A stretch of 39,135 nt of DNA from Dehalococcoidia bacterium (lineage in GTDB: Bacteria > Chloroflexota > Dehalococcoidia > DSTF01 > WHTK01), in assembly GCA_036514755.1 (NCBI GenBank), contig DATBWN010000022.1, positions 1-39,135 of the forward strand. Reading direction: 5' to 3'. The position numbers were made by a program, and so were the translations under genes. Positions 13,301-22,143 of the stretch are shown in pieces; the stretch's first letter is position 1, and each line of letters begins with the position of its first letter. The notes beneath the pieces were generated by a model that saw only the letters and a program-made list of their open reading frames with translations, searched no databases and was not told the DNA's origin.

Positions 13301-14103
13301 TGCAGGTTCGCCTCGATTTCGGCGCGATCGGGCGCGACGATCTTGGCGCGGCCCACGAGGCCGCCGTTGAACTGCGAGAACTTGAACCGTCCCAGCCCGG
13401 GCCCCTCGATCGTCTCGATGCGATAGAAGCTGTGCTCGAAGCCCGTATAACCGCCGCCTTCGACCACGGGGCAGTCGCCGCCGATCTGGACGGTGGGCTG
13501 CAGCTTCACGGTGAGACGGCCGTTGGCGGGCGGGTTCAGCTTGTCGCGAATTGTCTCGCAGCTCTCGCCGTCAGCGAGGCGGAAGAGGCGGAAATCGAAG
13601 GCGGTGCTCAGGCGCTCCGTAGTGTCGGGGCCGCCCAGCGCCGGCTCGATAAGCAGCTCGGGCAGCTGGAAGCCGTGAACGGCCTCGCGCCAGACTTCGA
13701 GGACGACGGCGTCGCGCACGCCGTTGCCGATGGTGCCGGGGACGGCTGGCGGGTCCTGGACGGGACGCTGCAGATAGGTGGCGCGCCGGCGCACGGCCTG
13801 GCCGGGCTGGTCCTCCGCCAGCCGGACGAGCAGGCCATCCGCCCAGACGCGGCCGGGTTGCACGTCCAGGATGACCGCGCCGTTCTGACGCTGCCCGGCG
13901 ACTACACGGAAGCTCTCGCGCGCATCCACGGGCACGGCCGCCACGCCGGCGCCGATGGCGTCGCGCGCAGCGGTGTCCTGCCAGTCCGTCGCGATCAGCG
14001 TCTGGGCCGTGCCGTCCGTGTCGAGGAAGACGCGCCCCTGCTGGTAAAGGACGCCGGCGAAGCCTTCATGAATCTTCTTGGAGAAATCGCCATAGACAGT
14101 CAT
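10366..14103 (-). CDS. Large baseplate-distal protein: conserved eCIS N-terminal domain (recalled as DUF6519) plus a right-handed parallel beta-helix region; candidate fibre or receptor-binding/depolymerase protein
   Basis: ATG 14103 lies 5 nt after AGGAG. The N-terminus MTVYGDFSKKIHEGFAGVLYQQGRVFLDTDG matches the GDFS...QQGRV.LD.D pattern I associate with the large protein downstream of baseplate genes in eCIS loci. Many PbH1-like repeats follow: NVTISGCGG, VRISGLDIE, VRDCTIEM, IENLIQGGTGNGITLG, VRGNRILDMGLNGIGVVG, ISGNEIRRC, VSENVIEDNG, ISRNRIVNNG, VQDNVVS and VHGNYF. An Ala/Pro linker AATAAAPGAAAAPPAAAPAAAPA is also present. Confidence 0.75.
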   Translation of the reverse strand: MTVYGDFSKKIHEGFAGVLYQQGRVFLDTDGTAQTLIATDWQDTAARDAIGAGVAAVPVDARESFRVVAGQRQNGAVILDVQPGRVWADGLLVRLAEDQPGQAVRRRATYLQRPVQDPPAVPGTIGNGVRDAVVLEVWREAVHGFQLPELLIEPALGGPDTTERLSTAFDFRLFRLADGESCETIRDKLNPPANGRLTVKLQPTVQIGGDCPVVEGGGYTGFEHSFYRIETIEGPGLGRFKFSQFNGGLVGRAKIVAPDRAEIEANLQAITSCGLPSFYLEALDFDSGLGVWRVVYAAENVTIDAEDRLVLPMGPGTQPLPAGSFFIRLWNGVRAISDFPAGANLSELQDGILLGFDLGAAGGYPAGSYWTFSVRAAGVGNEELLLDVAPPEGVRFHRVPLAELTWNNAGQSTVEDCRRVFLPLTDIQSCCSFQVGDGITSHGEFDSIQDAVDSLPAEGGEVCVLPGVYTENVTIARRRNVTISGCGGRSRVVSRPPRNGQASPVFHVLDSQSVRISGLDIEAHATGGGVLCEDTISEQLALKYGNHGASGSLSRLTLADLHIVAAARPAIEVQGALDATVRDCTIEMLDAEGDAPAAFFLGEDSLIERNVVRVRTRIADRDRAVAWPRDVLNLASEGTPVVAQAAWGGLQLGGLSERVRVIENLIQGGTGNGITLGSIRLVDQENRELPRARRRLLPLYDPRKPGTLRIPDLTGRPEEPLQVSAGPLEDIHVRGNRILDMGLNGIGVVGFFNLDSSLDTIAVNGLTISGNEIRRCLRRPLEPTEARMADRMGYGGIALAQVERLVVSENVIEDNGPNYLDPVCGVFVLSAEGAEISRNRIVNNGMRTADPPTRARAGRRGGIHIVHVVPPPGEPTLEGNVLELPRGEAPALLVQDNVVSVPLGQALNVTAIGPVSVHGNYFTSLGVVPLPAGLVRAEYGATVMINNLGWSEEEQPKPRRFKSIATGLKARLRLATLTEAAVGGATAASVVLRKHLEPAYQKRQIASGLMLFSDNQCILDLASVPRLVERPPRISALPLEPAITLLGTRATVIASLAAATAAAPGAAAAPPAAAPAAAPAFFTLAGRPLGGVALLSAGRLRPEVLGRIPGIVDRPIPPVGVAALPQPDLRISSLSLRSADDIAFDSNQCLTDLESGTILSQAYVFGSSVRVTNNRFKEGPADALFSAVTFGEINITAHNQCTHCLIVRPSGVPSRTVADGNTIAVSRDDPTYCVPFDKVMADFGG

Positions 14104-14112
14104 CGTCGCTCC

Positions 14113-16404
14113 TTAGGTCACTGGGATTAGCAGAGGTCGCACGCCCAGCGGCATGAACTCGCGATAGCGGATCTGGAGGTTGCGCCAGCGGTGCGCTTGG
14201 CGAAGGAAGCCGTAGGCGCCCATCTCGTCGTCGGCCGGGCCGCGCTCGCGGACGCGGAAATCTGTGCTATGGGCCAGCTGGCCGTAGGCGGCGTCGCCGA
14301 ATACCTCGCTGACGAAACGAAGAAACGCCTCCTGGCCCGAGACGCAGGCGTGGTTCTGGGGCAGCCGGTCGCCGACGCCGGCGAAGTAGCTGAACCTGAT
14401 GCAGCCGTGCTGGTTGTCCTCAACTTCCAGGGCGTGGACCCAGATACCGCCTTCGCCTTCCATGCGCCGCACACGCGTCCGGCCGAAGAAGGTAGCGCCG
14501 GCCACCTCGGTCGGCGGGCCCCAGGTGGTCGCGGCGTTCGTGGTACCGCCCACGGCAAAGACGTTGCCGGGCGCGTCCGAGACGCCACGGCCGGCATCGA
14601 TGATCGAGTCCTCGACCGTCAGGTTGTAGGACGTGTCGATGCGCAGCGGTCCGGCAACGGAGCGGCGCAGGGCGATCCTCGGCGTCTGGTCGAAGGCTAG
14701 GCGCTCCGCGTCGGTCGTGAAGCCGTGATCCTCCGTGAGCCGCAGAGACGCGAGGGCGCTGCCGGCGGGCGTGCCGTCGCGGCCGCGGTAGCGCCCCGGA
14801 TCCAGCGTGCAGTCGACGATCTCGAGCGCGTCGACGGCGGCGCGGGCGATGAGCGGCTCTCCATCTGGGAAGTTGGCGTGACGCGTGATGAACAGGCCCT
14901 CCAGCCGGACGCCGAGGTCGCCGCGGGCAGGGTCGAAGGGGCGGAAGCGCAGCGGCCGAAGAAGGCGGACAACCGGCCGCTCGTCGCCGGCGGCGCGGAT
15001 CACGAGGCTGTTCGCCAGCCGCAGGTTGGCGGCGTTGGCGCCAACCACCGCTCCGATATCGAGGTCATGCACGAAGCTGTCCTTGATCTCAACGACAACG
15101 GCCTGCGCCGCCGTATGCAGGTCAGCGAGCTTGTCTCGTAGGTCGTTGGGGCTGGTGCTTCGGCGGACCTCCCTCACTTCCGGCTGCTCGTCGGGAAAGA
15201 GGCTGCTGGCGGGCTCCCGCGGGATTGGGTGGGCGCCGACAGGACCGGCCGCGCCGTAGGTGAAGCTGAGTCGCAGCGCATCGCGCAGCGCCTGCGCCTC
15301 GGCCTGGCTGGAGACGCCGACGGCCAGTCGGCCAATGGTGGGGTCGATTACGATCTCACGGTCGGCGACTGGCCGGCCAAGGCCTGTCTCCCAGGCGCAG
15401 AGATTAGCGCCGCGGAATTGCCAGACTGCGCCGCCGAACTGCGCCGCCGGGACGAAGATCTGGAGGGCGGGCGCCTCCTTGCCGACCAGCTGGCTCAGCA
15501 CTTCCACGTAGGCGGCCGGGTGGCCCGCGGGCGTGTCGTCCGTCAAGCGCGGCGGCGGGATCGGCCCCGGCGCTTCGTCCGGCAGCGTCAGCGAGACCGG
15601 TTCTCTGGAGGTGGGGCGTGCGGCGGTGTCACGGCGGACGTTGAAGAGCTGAACCGCGCGGTCGATCTGAAAGGCGTCGAAGCGCACGACGAAGGGCGCA
15701 GCTCCGGCGGGAGGCGCTGCGATCGCCTGGATGGCGCGCGTTGCCGGCTCGGAGAGACGGACGGTGTAGGGCTGCAGGCGCCAGAGGAAGATCGCCAGGT
15801 TCGGGAGGTTGTGATGGATCGCGCCTTGGAGGGCAGGCTTGACGTCCGGCGCGTAGCCGAAGGGATCGAAAGGCGTGCCGCGAAAGCTGAGGATTGCCGG
15901 GTCGCGCAGCGTCACGCTGCCGCCGCGGACTGGCATGCGGAGCGTAACCCCTGGCCCGCCCAGGGGCGGCCGGCCGCCCGCGTCCGGTCGCTGGTGGTTG
16001 AGATGCTGATGCCAGAGGAGGTTCTCGCGCAGCTCCACGCAGCGCACGCCCCAGCCCGTCAGGTCATAGGTCAGGAGCTCGATGGCGCCGAGAGTGCCCT
16101 TGCGACGGCGCAGGGCCACCGTGTCGGCCACGTCGGCGCGCAGGGTCCGCGGCTCGCCGGAGAGGTGGCTCGTGCCCAACAGGTCGCCGATGTAGGGGAT
16201 AACCCAGTCGGCGGCGGTCTCGATGAAGAGATCGTCGTAGAGGGCCTCGATGTTGGCGTGGACAGCATCGAACGCAGCCTCGAAGATCTCGATGTAGGCC
16301 TGCAGCGGGCCCTTCGCCAGACGCTGCTCCTCCCGGATCGTCTGATCGCGGATGCGGTAGATCTCCGGCAGTCGCGTGTAGAGGGGGACGCGGTCGCCTG
16401 GCAT
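14113..16404 (-). CDS. P2 gpI-like baseplate protein (Afp12-type), 763 aa
   Basis: The true start is ATG 16404..16402, overlapping the upstream TGA (TGATG). The N-terminus is MPGDRVPLYTRLPEIYRIRDQ...LQAYIEIFEAAFDAVHANIEALYDDLFIETAADWVIPYIGDLLG, which is the Tail_P2_I pattern. The ORF-track 952-aa version adds an Arg-rich extension that lies inside the upstream gene. Confidence 0.75.
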   Translation of the reverse strand: MPGDRVPLYTRLPEIYRIRDQTIREEQRLAKGPLQAYIEIFEAAFDAVHANIEALYDDLFIETAADWVIPYIGDLLGTSHLSGEPRTLRADVADTVALRRRKGTLGAIELLTYDLTGWGVRCVELRENLLWHQHLNHQRPDAGGRPPLGGPGVTLRMPVRGGSVTLRDPAILSFRGTPFDPFGYAPDVKPALQGAIHHNLPNLAIFLWRLQPYTVRLSEPATRAIQAIAAPPAGAAPFVVRFDAFQIDRAVQLFNVRRDTAARPTSREPVSLTLPDEAPGPIPPPRLTDDTPAGHPAAYVEVLSQLVGKEAPALQIFVPAAQFGGAVWQFRGANLCAWETGLGRPVADREIVIDPTIGRLAVGVSSQAEAQALRDALRLSFTYGAAGPVGAHPIPREPASSLFPDEQPEVREVRRSTSPNDLRDKLADLHTAAQAVVVEIKDSFVHDLDIGAVVGANAANLRLANSLVIRAAGDERPVVRLLRPLRFRPFDPARGDLGVRLEGLFITRHANFPDGEPLIARAAVDALEIVDCTLDPGRYRGRDGTPAGSALASLRLTEDHGFTTDAERLAFDQTPRIALRRSVAGPLRIDTSYNLTVEDSIIDAGRGVSDAPGNVFAVGGTTNAATTWGPPTEVAGATFFGRTRVRRMEGEGGIWVHALEVEDNQHGCIRFSYFAGVGDRLPQNHACVSGQEAFLRFVSEVFGDAAYGQLAHSTDFRVRERGPADDEMGAYGFLRQAHRWRNLQIRYREFMPLGVRPLLIPVT

Positions 16405-19241
16405 CAGCTCTCCTCCTGGGCGGGTCCCGCCGCAATCTGGACGCGCAGGTGATCGACGTGCAGAGCGAGAATCCCGCCCGGTCCGGGGTCGAGGCCGGCC
16501 CGGCGGGGCCAGGGCGACGCCGGCAGCTGTAACCGCTGTGGGTCGACGGTCCGACCGAGGGCGTCCTTGCCGCTGCTGCCGGGCCAGTCGGCGCCGAGGG
16601 CGTTGACGCGCAACCAGCGCACGCCGGCCACGTTCTGAACGACGCCCTCTATCTGTGTGGCGTACAGGCGCTCGCCGAAGCGCCGGCCGGCGGTGCCGTC
16701 CGCTGCGTCTCCGCTGAGACCGGCAACGCCCAGCGCTCGCCGCACGCCGTCGAGCACCGCCTCCTCGCGGTAGGTCGGGTCGCGGACGATCGTGAGGTCG
16801 GCGTAGAAATAGAGGCGCCAGCCGGCCCTGACGGTGATCGGGAAGCGCGCGGGGCCGCGGCGCTTGTTCGCCGTCGCGACGACCGAGCGAACGTCCTGCA
16901 GCTCGGCGTCGCGGCCGGTGTCCATCAGCACGGTGAGGACAACGCCCGGGACGCCGTTGTGGATCGCCCACGCGGCGGCGGCGCGAGAAACGCCGGCGAT
17001 GGCCAGCGTCTCGCTCTCGAAGTCGGCGAGGCTGACAAGGCGGCCGAGCGCCTGGATTCTGCCGGGAGCGGCGGCGCGGGCGCTCTCGCTCGACTCTGCC
17101 AGAGTGCCGCCGGACACGACGCCGGGTAGCTGGATCGCGTCGAGGCGGTCCAGCCTTGCGCCGCCCTGGACGGTCGTACCCTCGCGCACGGAGCCGTAGG
17201 CGGCGATGCCGCTGCGCTGGCGGGCCACGACGTTGCCTACGCCCGAGGGGAGGCGAGCGCCCGTCTTGCCGTCGCCGAACTGCACCCAGCTGTCGCCCTT
17301 CGCGTCCTCCCGCACGACGTAGACCTCATCCGCAGGCTTGCGCCCGAAGAAAGACGGCACGCGCTTCCAGAGGCGGCCGTTGACGTAGACCTGCAGTTCG
17401 GGCGCTTCCGCCGGCGTCTCGCCGGGGGCGCTGAGGTAGGTCAGCGGCGCTTTCGGCAGCTTGAAGGTCTGGAAGGTCGCGCGGCTGTCGCCATTGCCCA
17501 GCACGGCCTCGCGCTCCGCCTTGCCCTGAGTCGCGCCGACGACGTTGCCGAAGACGTCCAGCGGCGCAGACTCGAGCGGGAAGTCGTTGTAGTCGACCTC
17601 ACGGTCGAGCGTGATGGCGCGCATCGCGCGGCGCTCCGGTGGCATGTCCGAGACAGCGACGGCCTGCACGGTCGCTCTCTCGGGCTCCCGGCCGGGCGGG
17701 AGCAAGACCAGCCGCCTGCCGAGCAGGGAGTCGGCCTCGGCCCGGCTGCCGACGAAGCCGAGCGTCGTGCCGCGCTCGGCGGCCGTAGCCTCGGCGCGAG
17801 CCTCGAAACGTAGCAGCGAGCCCACGGTCTCGTGGAAGAAGAGGTCGCGGATGTTATGAGAACCGACCGGTATCCAGATCGGTAGGTAGACCAGGCCAAC
17901 TACGACCGCATTGTAAGTGGCGGGCCCCTCCACAACGGCCGGGGGCAGGTAGGCCGCCTCGTAATCGTTCGCGGCCCGATCGACGGCGTACATCGCGCCG
18001 CCGCGCGCTCTCCCGGTGCTTGACGTACTGCCTTGGGCAGCCGACATGGCATACTGAGCGCTGAGGACTTTCTCGGTGCCGGCCGCAACGTCTGCGATGA
18101 CATCACGGGCCGAGTAGGAGCTGGAAGCAAGCGGGCTATCCAGCTTCACCGCCGTCGCCTCGCCGGTAATCGCACCCCAGGTGTAAGAGCCCTTGCGCGC
18201 GCCGGTGATCCGGCGCAGCCTCGTCAGCTGCGTCCCGGCGATCACGCCGGGTATCTGGCCGATGAGCGTGGCCCCGAGCGCCAGGTCATCGACCGCCTCA
18301 TCGAGCAGAACCTCGGCCGCCATCAGCGCGGGGCGCGCGGGCGAAGGCCATCCCGCAGTAGACGAAGCCAAGTTGCGAGTGAATTCGACGTTGATCTGGC
18401 TGGCGCGACCATCGGTGACGATGGTTTGTTGCGGCGGCGAGTTGTGGCCGAAGTGGCGGAAGGAGCGTCCCAGCTTGTGGCCGGCGAGCAGCGGCGCCTC
18501 ATTGGAAAGCTGCAGCGCGCCTTTGATACTGACCAGCGTCTCGCCGTGGCGCTCGCGCACCGCATCGACGATCAGGGTTTGGGCGCTGCGGAGCTCCGTC
18601 GGGACCACGGCTTGGTCTGGGACGCCGAGGAGGAGGCGGTCGCCGGGCTGCAGGTCGGGAGGCGTCCCCCCGTCCGGCGGCTGCAGGCGCAGCTCGGTCG
18701 TGCTGCCGGAGATGTTGGGCGTGAACACGGGCCGGTAAAGCGAAAAGCGGCTGAGCCAGGGGTAGGCGGTCAGGTCGGCGACGGTCTGGAAGTCGGCTTG
18801 ACCCTCGAGGCCGGTCAGTTGGGCGGTGAGGGGAAAGCCCGCCGGCACGGACACCGGCGCGTCGCCGCGCACCTCGAAGGCGAAGTCGCCGCGGCCGCCG
18901 AGGCCGGGCGCGAGACGGTAGCCGCCCAGCCGCACCAGATCGGCAACGCTCTCGCGCCACTGCGCCGTGCGCAGAAAGGCCTCGTTGGCGTAGAGCTCCT
19001 GGTAGAAGGTGAGGATATCGCCGAGGATGGCCGCGCCTTCGAGCAGGGCGATGCCGGGGTCGTCCGCGCCGCGGTGCGTCCAGCGGCGCAGCACCGGCTC
19101 GCGGTCGAGGCGGTCTACGAGGGCGTCGCGGAAGTCGGCGTAGGAGCCGATGCGGTACTGGATGTGAGGCAAGTCGGGCCGGTTCACAGGGCAGAGCGGG
19201 AACAGGGACTCCCGGACGCAGGCGCTGACGTCGTCGCTCAT
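16404..19241 (-). CDS. Baseplate assembly protein, second J-type paralogue (TIGR02243-like)
   Basis: The N-terminal segment is ...WTHRGADDPGIALLEGAAILGDILTFYQELYANEAFLRTAQWRESV. The C-terminal segment RLVSLADFESETLAIAGVSRAAAAWAIHNGVPGVVLTVLMD is baseplate-J-like. ATGA overlap with the upstream gene. Confidence 0.8.
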   Translation of the reverse strand: MSDDVSACVRESLFPLCPVNRPDLPHIQYRIGSYADFRDALVDRLDREPVLRRWTHRGADDPGIALLEGAAILGDILTFYQELYANEAFLRTAQWRESVADLVRLGGYRLAPGLGGRGDFAFEVRGDAPVSVPAGFPLTAQLTGLEGQADFQTVADLTAYPWLSRFSLYRPVFTPNISGSTTELRLQPPDGGTPPDLQPGDRLLLGVPDQAVVPTELRSAQTLIVDAVRERHGETLVSIKGALQLSNEAPLLAGHKLGRSFRHFGHNSPPQQTIVTDGRASQINVEFTRNLASSTAGWPSPARPALMAAEVLLDEAVDDLALGATLIGQIPGVIAGTQLTRLRRITGARKGSYTWGAITGEATAVKLDSPLASSSYSARDVIADVAAGTEKVLSAQYAMSAAQGSTSSTGRARGGAMYAVDRAANDYEAAYLPPAVVEGPATYNAVVVGLVYLPIWIPVGSHNIRDLFFHETVGSLLRFEARAEATAAERGTTLGFVGSRAEADSLLGRRLVLLPPGREPERATVQAVAVSDMPPERRAMRAITLDREVDYNDFPLESAPLDVFGNVVGATQGKAEREAVLGNGDSRATFQTFKLPKAPLTYLSAPGETPAEAPELQVYVNGRLWKRVPSFFGRKPADEVYVVREDAKGDSWVQFGDGKTGARLPSGVGNVVARQRSGIAAYGSVREGTTVQGGARLDRLDAIQLPGVVSGGTLAESSESARAAAPGRIQALGRLVSLADFESETLAIAGVSRAAAAWAIHNGVPGVVLTVLMDTGRDAELQDVRSVVATANKRRGPARFPITVRAGWRLYFYADLTIVRDPTYREEAVLDGVRRALGVAGLSGDAADGTAGRRFGERLYATQIEGVVQNVAGVRWLRVNALGADWPGSSGKDALGRTVDPQRLQLPASPWPRRAGLDPGPGGILALHVDHLRVQIAAGPAQEES

Positions 19242-21763
19242 CGCCTGCCGCCCTGGACGTCCAAGGTGATGGAGCCGCGCTCCATGTGGTCGGGGTCGTT
19301 TTCGACGAGGATGATCTCCTGGGCCTGCACGGTGATGGTGTCCGGCGTGCCGGCGGTGGGCGCATCCCAGCGCGCCATGCGCAGGGAGATTACGTGCTCG
19401 ACGCCCTCAACTTCGTGAACGCGACCGAGGATCTCGCTGGAGTGCAGCTCCTGGCCGAATGTCCAGCGGTCGGCGTGAAAGAAGGCCGGGCGGCCGTCGC
19501 GCGTGTAGCCGTCGGAGAACTCCTGCTGCAGGATGAAGCGCACATCCTCCGGCCAGAACTCCGGCCGGACGCAGACGCTCACCTCGATCTTCAAGGGGAC
19601 GAAGATCGGCGGCCGGATTTCCAGGTCCTCGCCGATGAGGCGAAGCGATTCCAGGTTGCGCGCGACGCTGCGCGCCAGAGCAGGCGTCAGCTCCGTCCCT
19701 TCGGCCGGATCGACAGCGATCCGCACGCTGCGCCAGCTGCCTGTCCAGGCATAGCGGGCGGCCGCGCGCGAAACGCCGGCCACCTCCTGGGCGCGGTCTA
19801 TGTAGTCCTTGAGCGTGACGGCGCGCAGCTGGCGCTGGGCGTAGGCCTCCGGCACCCGCCGGATGATCTCAGCCGCGGGCTCCGGCGCGCGCCCGTCCGT
19901 AACGTCAAATGGGTTCCAAACGCCTTCGGCCACAAGCAGGTTCGGCGCCAACTGCGGGTCCAGCGTGGTTATAGTGTCGGCGCCAACGTTGCCGGCCAGC
20001 GGCAGGCCGGTCTGGTAGGTGCACCAGACCTCCGCCCCGTCCGGCAGGCGGCGGCCGTTGACGCCGTTACCGAAGCGAATGAGGCTGCGCTGCTCTTCGT
20101 CCGTCTCGACGACAAAGACGGACGAGCCGCCGTCGCTGTGGACGAGGTCGGTCTCTTCCTGCCAGAGCTCGGTCGTCGCCCCGGTCTTCACCTCGACCTT
20201 GAGCGTCGAAAGCGTCTGATCGTCGCCCCCCGGCTCCGTCTTCTGGTAAGCGAGGGGCCTGTCCTCCGGCAGGCGGCAAACTACGCCGCGACGGATCGTC
20301 GGCGTCGTCTTGTGCTCGCACTTCTCGTCCGTGCACCAGCAGACGTCCAGCGGCGGCGGCTCATAATGGCGTTTGTCCGCCTCTATCACGTCTGACCTCT
20401 TTAGATCCGACCCGGGCGGCAGGAAGATAAGCTTCGCCTCGCGGCCGTGGTAGGCGCACACGAGGTTGCCGTGGAACTGGGCGAGGTCCTCTACCTGGTA
20501 GGTGTTGCTCTGCGGATCCTTGTATTCAGCGCGGAAGCAGTAAGCATAACGCAGCCGCTCTCGCCAATGGACGCGCAGCACCCAGACGCCGCCGGCGAGG
20601 GCGGACTCCGACAGAGGGTCTGCCGTGACCTCGGCCGAGGTGAGCGTTAGCAGCTGGCGCTTCGCCGGGTCGGCGCCCGGTTCAAAGCCGGTGGCCGGGT
20701 TCTTGTGCTCCTGCAGGAGGAGGTGGCCGATCTTGCCGTCGCTGATCAGCTGAGCGATGGCGTCGGCGTTGGCCTTCGTGGGCGGCTCGAGGTGAAGGTC
20801 TGCCTGACGGCTGCTCGCCTCCAGGCCGGGGACGGCACCGCCCCAAGTGTAGAGGCGGACATCGTTCAGGAGATGGTGGACGCGGGCCTCCTCGCGCGTT
20901 CGGAAGACCTGGGCGTCATCGGCCGGCGCCGTTGCGCCGCCGGTCCAGGCCTGTAGGCCTGTGCCGAGGGTGCCGTCGGCGTTGGCGGCGAAACGCAGGG
21001 CGAGCCAGGTGCTCGCCTGGTTGCCTTCGTGGATGTGGTGATCCATGAGGCGGGCGTGACGGGCGAGGGAGACGCGCTTGCGCGCTGTAGCGAGGTACGC
21101 CTCGTTCATCACGCGGTCCTGGTAGTCGCTCAGCTCGTCCGCGGCGGCGCTGAGCAGGTCGATGAGCACCTGGTCGAAGTCGGCCTCGCTAGTCGGCCGC
21201 CAGCCGGGCACGCGCTGGCTCATGGCGACGGTGAGCGTATGCTTGAAGGAGTCGTAGTCCTTGGCCAGGTAGTCGATGGCCGGTTCCGGTTTGGCCGGGT
21301 CGCTCGGGCACCAGTCGGGCGCGCAGTCTGTGGTGAAGCAGCCGGGGCGGAACTTGAAGTCCAGCTCGTCGAACAGCGGGTCTATATTCGCGAAGTCGAG
21401 GCGCAGCGTGTAGGTCGAGTAATCGCCGATCGGCTCGACGGTGAGGATGAGAGTCTTGTCGGCGTCGGGCGAGCCCGGCACAGCCGCGGCGACGGCGGTG
21501 ACCTGCACCTGGCCGTCGCGGCTGCCGGCGCGCATGCGGTGGCCGCCGGAGATATGAAAGACGTCGCGCGGCGCCGTGGCTGAGGGCGGCGTCACTGCCG
21601 CGACAATTGCACCGAGCTGGTTAGCCGTGTAGAAGTGCAGCTCCAGCCGCGCCTGCGTTGGGTTGGCGGCCGGTAGCAGAGCGACCAGCACCAACCGCAG
21701 GCCGTTGAGCGGGCCGAGGTTCTCCGCCCGGTTCTCCCGCTTCTCCTGGTCGACGATCGTCAT
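19238..21763 (-). CDS. Baseplate J-like protein (T4 gp6 / P2 gpJ / Afp11-type)
   Basis: Two diagnostic segments are present: DYLAKDYDSFKHTLTVAMSQRVPGWRPTSEADFDQVLIDLLSAAADELSDYQDRVMNEAYLATARKRVSL and RAVTLKDYIDRAQEVAGVSRAAARYAWTGSWRSVRIAVDP. ATGA overlap with the gp25-like gene. Confidence 0.85.
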   Translation of the reverse strand: MTIVDQEKRENRAENLGPLNGLRLVLVALLPAANPTQARLELHFYTANQLGAIVAAVTPPSATAPRDVFHISGGHRMRAGSRDGQVQVTAVAAAVPGSPDADKTLILTVEPIGDYSTYTLRLDFANIDPLFDELDFKFRPGCFTTDCAPDWCPSDPAKPEPAIDYLAKDYDSFKHTLTVAMSQRVPGWRPTSEADFDQVLIDLLSAAADELSDYQDRVMNEAYLATARKRVSLARHARLMDHHIHEGNQASTWLALRFAANADGTLGTGLQAWTGGATAPADDAQVFRTREEARVHHLLNDVRLYTWGGAVPGLEASSRQADLHLEPPTKANADAIAQLISDGKIGHLLLQEHKNPATGFEPGADPAKRQLLTLTSAEVTADPLSESALAGGVWVLRVHWRERLRYAYCFRAEYKDPQSNTYQVEDLAQFHGNLVCAYHGREAKLIFLPPGSDLKRSDVIEADKRHYEPPPLDVCWCTDEKCEHKTTPTIRRGVVCRLPEDRPLAYQKTEPGGDDQTLSTLKVEVKTGATTELWQEETDLVHSDGGSSVFVVETDEEQRSLIRFGNGVNGRRLPDGAEVWCTYQTGLPLAGNVGADTITTLDPQLAPNLLVAEGVWNPFDVTDGRAPEPAAEIIRRVPEAYAQRQLRAVTLKDYIDRAQEVAGVSRAAARYAWTGSWRSVRIAVDPAEGTELTPALARSVARNLESLRLIGEDLEIRPPIFVPLKIEVSVCVRPEFWPEDVRFILQQEFSDGYTRDGRPAFFHADRWTFGQELHSSEILGRVHEVEGVEHVISLRMARWDAPTAGTPDTITVQAQEIILVENDPDHMERGSITLDVQGGRR

Positions 21764-22143
21764 CCCTGCGCGCTCCGCTCGAAGCGCAGACGGCGCGAGT
21801 CCTGCGTGCCGGCGATCCGGAACTGGAGGTCGATGGTGATCGTCGACTCCTTCACCTCGACCTCCAGCTTCTCGACGGCGACGCGGTGGCTGAGCCAGCG
21901 TTCGAGCGCATGGCTGATCATCGCGTTGGTCATGGCCGCCGTGGCCTCCGTGACGCCCTCGAAGACGAGGCGGCGGGCGCCCCCGCCGAACTCGGGCAGG
22001 AAGGAGCGCTCGCCGGGGTTGGTGAGGAGCAACTGGATGACCTCTTGCTTGACGTGCTCTTCCAGGGAGTGCACCTGGCGGCTGCGGCCGTCCGATCCCA
22101 GCTCGAAGGGAAAGGCGAGGTGCGGACCATCAGGCGCACTCAT
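21760..22143 (-). CDS. GPW/gp25-like baseplate wedge protein (Afp9-type)
   Basis: 127 aa. The segment VKQEVIQLLLTNPGERSFLPEFGGGARRLVFE is the gp25/GPW signature. ATGA overlaps on both sides. Confidence 0.85.
   Translation of the reverse strand: MSAPDGPHLAFPFELGSDGRSRQVHSLEEHVKQEVIQLLLTNPGERSFLPEFGGGARRLVFEGVTEATAAMTNAMISHALERWLSHRVAVEKLEVEVKESTITIDLQFRIAGTQDSRRLRFERSAQG

Noticed and set aside
16405-16971. N-terminal extension of 189 codons on ORF 14113-16971. Also the 74-aa extension of the sheath ORF (33420-33641), the 26-aa extension of E5 (9478-9555) and the upstream part of ORF 33487-33780.
   Set aside because: The extensions are Arg-rich junk and/or overlap the upstream gene. Internal starts with proper Shine-Dalgarno sites and canonical family N-termini exist at 16404, 33419 and 9477. 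For 33702 the support is weaker and rests only on the GAGG site before the GTG.
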